The notes under the pieces are model-generated. The model saw nothing but the letters and a program-made list of their open reading frames with translations, did not search any database and was not told the origin of the DNA. The position numbers and the translations under genes are program-made. Positions 33,572 to 39,694 of a stretch of DNA of 39,694 nucleotides are shown here, in pieces (the stretch's first letter is position 1; each line of letters starts with the position of its first letter). The stretch covers positions 4,976 through 44,669 of the forward strand of contig CAZYSE010000002.1 of NCBI GenBank assembly GCA_964650085.1. Reading direction: 5' to 3'. The DNA is from an uncultured Candidatus Saccharibacteria bacterium. Its GTDB lineage: Bacteria; Patescibacteriota; Dojkabacteria; J137.

Positions 33572-35023
33572 ATGATCGAATTTACAAAGAAAACATTTTT
33601 AGAAAATATCCCGGATTACATTATCGACATTGCTGAAACACTACAGAAAGCCCACTTTCAGTCATACTTAGTGGGAGGTAGTATTAGAGACATTCTGCTT
33701 GGCAAAACACCTCTTGATTTTGATGTAGCAACGAATGCTTATCCTGAAGAAATTCAAAAAATATTTCCAAAGAACGTTCCAACAGGAGCGAAGTTTGGAA
33801 CAGTCACCGTTATTGGAACTTCTAAATCCGGTGAAAACTATGATGTTCAAATAACCACATACAGAAACGAAGCAGATTATTTTGGTGGCAGATGGCCAGC
33901 TAAAGTTGAATTCGCAAGAACTATTGAAGAGGACTTATCTAGAAGAGACTATACAATCAATGCAATCGCGTTAGATCTACAGAACTTTGATGACACAAAC
34001 AAAGATGTGACTGAATTGCTCGTAGATCCCTTTAACGGAATTTCCGACCTAAAATCAGGTATTTTAAAAGCTGTTAGGGATCCTATGGAAAGATTGACAG
34101 AAGATGGCTTGAGAGCGGTTCGAGCGTGCAGGTTAGCATCTCAGTTGGGCTTTCAAATCGAACCTGAGACATACAAAGCTATTACCGAAACCAACCACAT
34201 AACTGCTCAAGTTTCAGTAGAAAGATTTAAAGATGAGTTAGTAAAAATACTTTATAAAAGCGCAAAACCTTCGGTTGGACTTAAACTATTAAAGGAATCT
34301 GGAATTCTAAAAATCTTTATCCCAGAACTGCTTGAGGGAATTAATGTTGTCCAGCCAGAATTCCATACCGATGATGTTTTTGAACATTCGCTAAAAACTT
34401 GTGATCTAGCAGAAGACAGAGTTAAGCTTGCAGCGCTTTTTCACGACATTGGTAAATCTAGAACTAGAATGGAAGATAATAAAGGTATTCACTTTTACGG
34501 GCATGATGTAGTTGGAGCTCAAATGACAGAGGAAATAATGCGTAGATTGAAATTTTCTAACGAAGAAATAGAAAGGACCACACGATTAGTTCGATGGCAT
34601 ATGTTCTACTACCCTTCAGCTGACTGGAGAAAGTCAGAAGACGATTTGAAGAAAGGTGAAGACAAAGGCTGGACAGATGGAGCAATCAGAAGATTAATTA
34701 TTAATGTTGGTGGAGAAGAAGGAATTGACGATTTGTTACGTTTACGAATTGCAGATGCAACGTCCAACCCCAAGAATGATTTTGATCCTAAAGAGCTCGA
34801 TGAATTAGCTTCCAGAGTTGCTGCTGTAAGAGCAAACGATATGGCACTTAAAATCACTGATTTAGACATCACAGGACAAGATCTTATGAGCAACTTCAAT
34901 CTGGAGCCGGGTCAAAAATTAGGCGAGACTCTGAAGTATTTGCTAGAGAAAGTGCTAGATGAACCCGCATTAAACAAAAAATTGGATTTGCTACGACTTG
35001 CTAAAGATTACTTGAAACTATAG
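33572..35023 (+). CDS. cca: CCA-adding enzyme (tRNA nucleotidyltransferase with HD domain)
   Basis: GGSIRDILLGKTPLDFDVAT, RRDYTINA and the HD motif LFHDIGK. This is consistent with tRNAs here lacking encoded CCA. Confidence 0.85.
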   Translation: MIEFTKKTFLENIPDYIIDIAETLQKAHFQSYLVGGSIRDILLGKTPLDFDVATNAYPEEIQKIFPKNVPTGAKFGTVTVIGTSKSGENYDVQITTYRNEADYFGGRWPAKVEFARTIEEDLSRRDYTINAIALDLQNFDDTNKDVTELLVDPFNGISDLKSGILKAVRDPMERLTEDGLRAVRACRLASQLGFQIEPETYKAITETNHITAQVSVERFKDELVKILYKSAKPSVGLKLLKESGILKIFIPELLEGINVVQPEFHTDDVFEHSLKTCDLAEDRVKLAALFHDIGKSRTRMEDNKGIHFYGHDVVGAQMTEEIMRRLKFSNEEIERTTRLVRWHMFYYPSADWRKSEDDLKKGEDKGWTDGAIRRLIINVGGEEGIDDLLRLRIADATSNPKNDFDPKELDELASRVAAVRANDMALKITDLDITGQDLMSNFNLEPGQKLGETLKYLLEKVLDEPALNKKLDLLRLAKDYLKL

Positions 35024-35092
35024 CTATAAAATTCGGGATAGCCTTACCTACTTCATTAATGAGCGGGAAAATGGTATAATTGAACACAACTT

Positions 35093-36763
35093 ATGGCAAA
35101 AAACATAAACAAAACAAACACAGATGTATTACTGGAAAAGATACCACCACTACTTGGGGTTGCTCTTTTAATCACTCCCTTAGTTCTAAGCTTTTTCAAT
35201 CCAGAACTGTCTGCAATACTAATAATCTTATTAAACGTATTCTTCCTTTATAAATCATTCTCATTCGCAGTACTTTTCGCGATTTCCTTAGCTAGAATCC
35301 GAAGGGAGGAGTCTGTGAATTGGAGAAAAAGATTAGACTCAATTCTTGATATCAATTCTGCCCTAGCCCAAATAGAACAAAGCATTGAAGGTGCTAAAAA
35401 GCTTTCATATAAAGAGTATCTGGCTACAAATAGTAATAAAAAAGTTTCGCGATTTCGTTTCATGCTTGATAAATACGAAACTATTAGATTCTTAAAAATT
35501 GAAAGAAATGAACTAAAACGTGTTCAACCAACCGTATCTGATTGGCGAGACATTCAACACGTGGTCATTGTTCCGCATGTCAAAGAACCTGAATCAATCT
35601 TAAGAGCTACAATGCAGCATTTAGCTGACCAAACATTTCCTGCAAAGCAAATAAGCGTAGTTTTAGCTGCAGAAGCGGCCGATCCTAATGGAGTTATCGT
35701 TTCCGAAAAGTTACGTGAAGAGTTCAAACAAATATTTTGTAACATTTGGGTAACCAATCATGTTCTTCAGGAAGGAGAAGCTGTTGGAAAATCAGCAAAT
35801 ATGGCTTGGGCGGGCAAAGAAGTAACTAAACAGATTGACCTGCTGGGCTGGGACAAGAAGAGAGTTACTATAACTAGCTGTGATGCTGACTCAAAATTAC
35901 CTTCAGAATATTTCTCATACCAGACATACCTTTTCTCAACCACTCCAGATAATGAGTACCTCTACTTCAACGGGGCTTTAGTTTTATACAACAACATTTG
36001 GAGATTACCATTCTACGCAAGAGTGAAGAACTCTATGTCTACAATTTACAACGTAGGTAGACTTGTTCGAACCGATAAACTAGTACCTTTTTCTACTTAC
36101 ACAACTACATTGTGGTTAATTGAAGAAATCGGTTACTGGACTCCTTGGGTAACACCAGAAGATTTCCACATGTTCTTTAAGGGCTTATTTAAATATCCAA
36201 AGAAAGTTCGAACTATTCCTATGTATATAAAAATTATGTCCGATGCTGCTGAGGGAGAATCGCATTGGGAAACAATTAGGAACAACTATCTTCAAGAACG
36301 AAGATGGCAGTGGGGAATTTCCGATGATGGTTGGGTTTTAAAAAATCTATTCTCAACAAAACTATCGAAACTTTCACCAAGAATGGTCTATCTTTCTGTT
36401 CATACTGTGTTTGATCACATATTTGGACCCGTAGGTTCACTTATGATATTAGTGGGAGGAAACATTCCTGCGTTAATTAGTCCTGAATTTGGCTTTACAG
36501 TATTTGGTGCAAATTTACCAAGAGTGTCCTCAAGCATTATTCAACTAACTCTATTCTGCTTTATACCTGTAATAATTTTGGATATTTTCCTAAAGCCAAG
36601 TGCAAATCATAATATTATAAGCCGAATTAAGCATCTTCTGGAATGGGTGACACAACCCTTCGTTGGCTTTATACTGTCCGTTCTACCAGGTCTAGAGGCT
36701 CACACAAGGCTTATTTTTGGTAGATACCTTGAGTACTACGTTACTAAGAAGAAAGGCGAATAA
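35093..36763 (+). CDS. Membrane-embedded processive-type GT2 glycosyltransferase
   Basis: N- and C-terminal TM helices, VIVPHVKEPE..., an SCDADS acidic motif and QERRWQWG (QxxRW). Confidence 0.6.
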   Translation: MAKNINKTNTDVLLEKIPPLLGVALLITPLVLSFFNPELSAILIILLNVFFLYKSFSFAVLFAISLARIRREESVNWRKRLDSILDINSALAQIEQSIEGAKKLSYKEYLATNSNKKVSRFRFMLDKYETIRFLKIERNELKRVQPTVSDWRDIQHVVIVPHVKEPESILRATMQHLADQTFPAKQISVVLAAEAADPNGVIVSEKLREEFKQIFCNIWVTNHVLQEGEAVGKSANMAWAGKEVTKQIDLLGWDKKRVTITSCDADSKLPSEYFSYQTYLFSTTPDNEYLYFNGALVLYNNIWRLPFYARVKNSMSTIYNVGRLVRTDKLVPFSTYTTTLWLIEEIGYWTPWVTPEDFHMFFKGLFKYPKKVRTIPMYIKIMSDAAEGESHWETIRNNYLQERRWQWGISDDGWVLKNLFSTKLSKLSPRMVYLSVHTVFDHIFGPVGSLMILVGGNIPALISPEFGFTVFGANLPRVSSSIIQLTLFCFIPVIILDIFLKPSANHNIISRIKHLLEWVTQPFVGFILSVLPGLEAHTRLIFGRYLEYYVTKKKGE

Positions 36764-36784
36764 ACAATCAAAGTTTTAAGCTAT

Positions 36785-36801
36785 AAGCTAGAAGTTCGAA
36801 A
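36785..36801 (+). repeat. Dispersed 17-mer AAGCTAGAAGTTCGAAA, copy 2
   Basis: Identical to 4136-4152. Confidence 0.8.
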
Positions 36802-36929
36802 ACAAGACGGTGGTTCACTTACTCTTTGATATTGGTCCGGCACTTGATGTCGGATTTTTAATCTTCTAACCTTTAATCTTTTTTTAGATATTTGGATTTG
36901 GAATTTGGAGATTGGAATTTATTTTATTA

Positions 36930-37001
36930 AGGTAACGGCGGGATTCGAACCCGCGAATAAGAGTTTTGCAGACTCTCGCCTTACCACTTGGCCACGTCAC
37001 C
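36930..37001 (-). tRNA. tRNA-Cys (GCA)
   Basis: The reverse complement folds as GGTGACG/CGTTACC acceptor, AGAGT-CTGCAAA-ACTCT anticodon arm and GCGGG-TTCGAAT-CCCGC T arm, with discriminator U. No CCA is encoded. Confidence 0.92.
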
Positions 37002-37044
37002 AATTTTCCTTTGAATTATACCTTCAAGTAGAAGAAATCCAAAG

Positions 37045-37704
37045 TTATTTATCTAACACCCAAAGAAATCCTTCATTAGTAATAAAGACAGTATAGTCGT
37101 GTGGCTGACTTGTTATTGGTTGCCCTTCAGAACTAATCTGAGTAGAATCGACTATGCCTCTAACTATCCAGCCCCAGAATCCACCATCGTTTTGATAAAA
37201 TTCGAATACGCTTTGCCATTCAGAAATTCCACCATTAATATCAAAAGAGGAGAATGCTTCTGCTGGACGGTTTTCTTCTGCATCATTGTTAAAGTTATAT
37301 CGGCCATAAAGCTGTCCCAGCTTGAATATAGTCTGAAAGTTTACAAATATTAATTCGTTTCTAAACTTGATTACTGGCCCAGAAACATGAACAGTATCGC
37401 CATAAATTTTAAAGCTGTATTCATCAAAGTTAGATTCTGGTGTGGTTGAACTTCCTATGCCAAATAGCTGACCAAAAGCGGTATTTTCGGATTTCTTGAT
37501 TTTGATATAGACATCTGCGTATTGCCCTAAAGAATCTTGTTTTCTTTCGGAAATTGTTACCTTGGCAACTTCTTCTCTTTGGGTAAATACAGAATATGTT
37601 CGTAATAATAAGGCAGTATAGCCGCTAACTGTTATAATGAAACAGATAATTAGGAATAAACAGAATAAGAGCAACGTTGAGGTAAATTTTACTAGGTTGC
37701 GCAT
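37045..37704 (-). CDS. Membrane-anchored hypothetical protein
   Basis: N-terminal TM helix (LLLFCLFLIICFIITVSGYTALLL). Clean 219-aa ORF. Confidence 0.5.
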   Translation of the reverse strand: MRNLVKFTSTLLLFCLFLIICFIITVSGYTALLLRTYSVFTQREEVAKVTISERKQDSLGQYADVYIKIKKSENTAFGQLFGIGSSTTPESNFDEYSFKIYGDTVHVSGPVIKFRNELIFVNFQTIFKLGQLYGRYNFNNDAEENRPAEAFSSFDINGGISEWQSVFEFYQNDGGFWGWIVRGIVDSTQISSEGQPITSQPHDYTVFITNEGFLWVLDK

Positions 37705-37738
37705 ACGAGATTTTTAAACTATATTTTTATTATACAAG

Positions 37739-38245
37739 ATGACCAAGTTTATAGAAAGGCAAAAGGAATTCAGAGGTGAGTTCTTAAAACGAAGAAAGAA
37801 CAAGATCATTCTTGTTTTGGACAACTTCAGAAGTGCGACCCATGTGGCACAGGTTTTCAAAATTGCTTACGCTATAGGTGTAGACAGAGTTTACCTTGTA
37901 GGAACGACTCCTAAGCCACCCTTTGGAAGAGAGCTATCTGCTATGTCAGATGGTGCAGAAGGCAAACTTGATGTGCGAGAAAGTGCTTCGACAAAAAAAC
38001 TAATCCAACAACATAGCGCAAAAGGCTTCGCTACAATTGCCATGGCGATGACTAAGGAAACTCAAATAATTGAAAATATTGAGATAGATGCGGATGTGCT
38101 TCTTGTTATGACTGATCAGAATCAAAATTTATCGAAGGAAATTATGAAAGAATGTGCCTACTTAGTCGGGACAAGTAAGTTCAGGAAATATACAGATGCA
38201 GGAATTATTAATGATTTAGCGATTGTGCTTTATCATTTGAAGTAA
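37739..38245 (+). CDS. SpoU/TrmH-family (SPOUT) RNA methyltransferase
   Basis: ILVLDNFRSATHVAQVFKIAYAIGVDRVYLVG and a C-terminal ...INDLAIVLYHL pattern, both typical of TrmH-like enzymes. Confidence 0.6.
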   Translation: MTKFIERQKEFRGEFLKRRKNKIILVLDNFRSATHVAQVFKIAYAIGVDRVYLVGTTPKPPFGRELSAMSDGAEGKLDVRESASTKKLIQQHSAKGFATIAMAMTKETQIIENIEIDADVLLVMTDQNQNLSKEIMKECAYLVGTSKFRKYTDAGIINDLAIVLYHLK

Positions 38246-38288
38246 GCCAGATACCTAACGATTAAGTTCATTCACGCTTTTAAAACAC

Positions 38289-38313
38289 AGATCCCGCAAT
38301 TACTGCGGGATCT
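38289..38313. terminator. Bidirectional intrinsic terminator between convergent genes
   Basis: A perfect 10-bp stem AGATCCCGCA/TGCGGGATCT with loop ATTAC and T-rich flanks on both strands. Confidence 0.7.
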
Positions 38314-38331
38314 TCCTATTATTGGGAGTTC

Positions 38332-38808
38332 TTAAAACGGCAAGTCCGATGGATCTATATCATCATCTCCACCTGTTGATTCAGGTAAAATCTCTGAATT
38401 TTCCTCTGAACTCGAACTTTTACTTGGCTTAGACTTAGGTGTATAAGTTCCTCCTGATCCGCCTTCGCTAGTATCTCCTTCGAATCTAGCTATTAGAATC
38501 ACCTTTTCTGCAACAATTTCTGTTTTATACTGTTTCTTTCCATCTTGTCCATCCCAACTTCTAGTTTGAACTCTTCCTTGAATTAAAATTCTAGTTCCTT
38601 TTCTTATTCTTTGACCTAATGACTCCGCGTTGTTCCAAACAACAATATTGTGAAAGGCTGGTTCATCTACCCACTCTTCTCCCTTTTTGTATCTTCTATT
38701 TGTAGCAACACTAAATGAAAGAACGGCTGCTCCGCTTGGTGTAAATCTTAAATCTGGATCTTTTGTGATGTTACCTAATAAGGTTACTTCGTTTAAATCG
38801 CCGAACAT
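38332..38808 (-). CDS. ssb: Single-stranded DNA-binding protein
   Basis: OB-fold N-terminus (NEVTLLGNITKDPDLRFTPSG), a Gly/Ser-rich linker and an acidic tail ending DDDIDPSDLPF. Confidence 0.93.
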   Translation of the reverse strand: MFGDLNEVTLLGNITKDPDLRFTPSGAAVLSFSVATNRRYKKGEEWVDEPAFHNIVVWNNAESLGQRIRKGTRILIQGRVQTRSWDGQDGKKQYKTEIVAEKVILIARFEGDTSEGGSGGTYTPKSKPSKSSSSEENSEILPESTGGDDDIDPSDLPF

Positions 38809-38866
38809 AATATTTTTTTAACAGTTAGTAACTTATTATAGTTTATAAAGTCGATTTAGTAAAAGT

Positions 38867-39367
38867 TTATGGCTCAGGAAACTCAACTTCTACTCCTGCA
38901 GCAGCTAATGCCTGGATATTCGTCCAATAGCGATAAAGTGGAAGCAACATTGTTTGATTTGGATCGACCCAATGAGGATCAAATTCCGAATCACTTGGAA
39001 CTTTGGATACTAGTACAGGTTTATTAGGCAACCTAATTACAAAGAATGCGACTTGCTCAGTTGATGTGGGATGTTTTTGTATAGCAAAAAGCGGCGTAAT
39101 CAGATTTGGAGAAACAAGAATGCCAGTTTCTTCCCAAATCTCCCTTAACAAACACTCGATCAATGTCTCTAGCCTACCTGAAGATAGCAGTTCTCTTTTT
39201 CCACCGATTAGCGATAACATTTTAATATTGTTAGTTTTTGTAATTCGATGTTGAAAACAAAGTGAGCCATCAGATGCGATAATTATTGCCACGCAGCCTC
39301 GGATTGACTTGTATTCGAGTTCAGTGCTGAGTTCTATTGTTGTTTTGGGGTAGTTAGGAATTTTCAT
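38867..39367 (-). CDS. NUDIX hydrolase
   Basis: Nudix box E-x7-REIWEETGI. Confidence 0.75.
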   Translation of the reverse strand: MKIPNYPKTTIELSTELEYKSIRGCVAIIIASDGSLCFQHRITKTNNIKMLSLIGGKRELLSSGRLETLIECLLREIWEETGILVSPNLITPLFAIQKHPTSTEQVAFFVIRLPNKPVLVSKVPSDSEFDPHWVDPNQTMLLPLYRYWTNIQALAAAGVEVEFPEP

Positions 39368-39411
39368 TGGAGTATTATACCCTCACATTGCTTAACTGGT
39401 ATAATAAATTT

Positions 39412-39570
39412 ATGAAGAAGGTAATTAAGTACATTACGATAGCGCTTTTACTCCTAATAGTAGGTACTTTAATACTTTATGTATCAAGGGGAAATGCGAG
39501 AAATACTGAACCAGTCATAGAAGAATTAAAGTACGTTACACCACAAAATTTCCAAATATTACTAAGTTAG
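39412..39570 (+). CDS. Small single-pass membrane protein (tentative)
   Basis: MKKVIKYITIALLLLIVGTLILYV... TGGTATAAT at 39397-39405 ends 6 nt before this ATG. Confidence 0.3.
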   Translation: MKKVIKYITIALLLLIVGTLILYVSRGNARNTEPVIEELKYVTPQNFQILLS

Positions 39571-39694
39571 AACTCAAAGTAACTTTCCTTCACCTTACCT
39601 CCTTCGTACAGTACTATTCCCTCCACTCGTTTTCCTTCAAGTATTTTCGGAAGAAACAACCGATTGTCTTCCCACATTTCGTCATAAGGAATAT
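39567..39694 (-). CDS. C-terminal fragment of an MTH1-like NUDIX hydrolase (continues beyond the right edge)
   Basis: The minus-strand translation ...IPYDEMWEDNRLFLPKILEGKRVEGIVLYEGGKVKESYFEF* resembles the C-terminal IPFDEMWPDD..WFPLLL..KKF.GYF.F block of MTH1-type enzymes. Confidence 0.5.
   Translation of the reverse strand, partial: IPYDEMWEDNRLFLPKILEGKRVEGIVLYEGGKVKESYFEF

Noticed and set aside
2084-39254. Other short shadow ORFs in the six-frame track. These are 2084-2320, 4759-4953, 4977-5264, 6870-7193, 10269-10463, 11470-11685, 12335-12556, 17461-17661, 18522-18719, 19046-19255, 19534-19752, 21996-22244, 26076-26321, 27389-27592, 31179-31400, 31773-32033, 32855-33124, 33233-33424, 33668-33850, 34609-34899, 35248-35463, 35554-35757, 37099-37353 and 39003-39254.
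   Set aside because: Each lies inside, or antisense to, a longer ORF with clear family motifs. They have atypical composition and no independent support.
1-39694. Alternative genetic code (UGA read as an amino acid, as in some candidate phyla).
   Set aside because: Conserved proteins have normal full lengths under the standard code, and TGA serves as a stop. For example, msrB ends at 16245-16247 and the ORF 28724-29353 also ends in TGA.
1-39694. CRISPR arrays, rRNA genes, IS elements, integrases and reverse transcriptases.
   Set aside because: No regularly spaced direct repeats, rRNA-like conserved blocks, or ORFs with transposase, recombinase or RT motifs were seen on either strand.

Overview
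AT-rich (roughly 35-37% GC) bacterial chromosome segment, densely packed with about 45 credible CDS and 2 tRNAs. There are no rRNA genes, CRISPR arrays, transposases or integrases. Housekeeping genes dominate: lepA, def, pcm, msrB, sufB, ftsE/ftsX, cca, ssb, an OGG-type glycosylase, an M16 peptidase, an ABC-2 exporter pair, GT2 glycosyltransferases, a DUF368 membrane protein, a SPOUT methyltransferase and NUDIX hydrolases. The tRNAs lack encoded CCA, Shine-Dalgarno motifs are almost absent, many TATAAT boxes sit 5-8 nt from the ATG, and TGA is used as a stop (standard code). This style fits a small-genome lineage such as the CPR/Patescibacteria, but that taxonomic call is a low-confidence inference. 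The features most worth follow-up are listed here. (1) A ~1.66 kb insertion lies immediately after lepA. It is bounded by a 33-nt copy of the lepA 3' end that differs only at synonymous positions and the stop codon. It starts with a 78-nt four-way-junction structure and carries a coiled-coil/TM protein, a small membrane protein and a truncated gene start. (2) An accessory island sits next to a decayed tRNA-Gly array. In it, a 279-aa unknown gene and a tightly coupled DinB/ClbS-like, PP2C-like and NYN-nuclease operon are each preceded by an identical 34-bp promoter-like repeat. (3) A translationally coupled five-gene operon encodes a Cys4 unknown protein, an FNR-like reductase, a GATase1, a PNPOx-like protein and an NTP-transferase. 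(4) A four-gene secreted cluster contains a tail-fibre-like repeat protein and an M23 peptidase. (5) FtsE is fused to a Lys-rich tail and an alpha-CTD-like HhH domain. (6) There are families of dispersed structured or low-complexity intergenic elements. All functional calls come from motif recognition by eye, and no database search was run.
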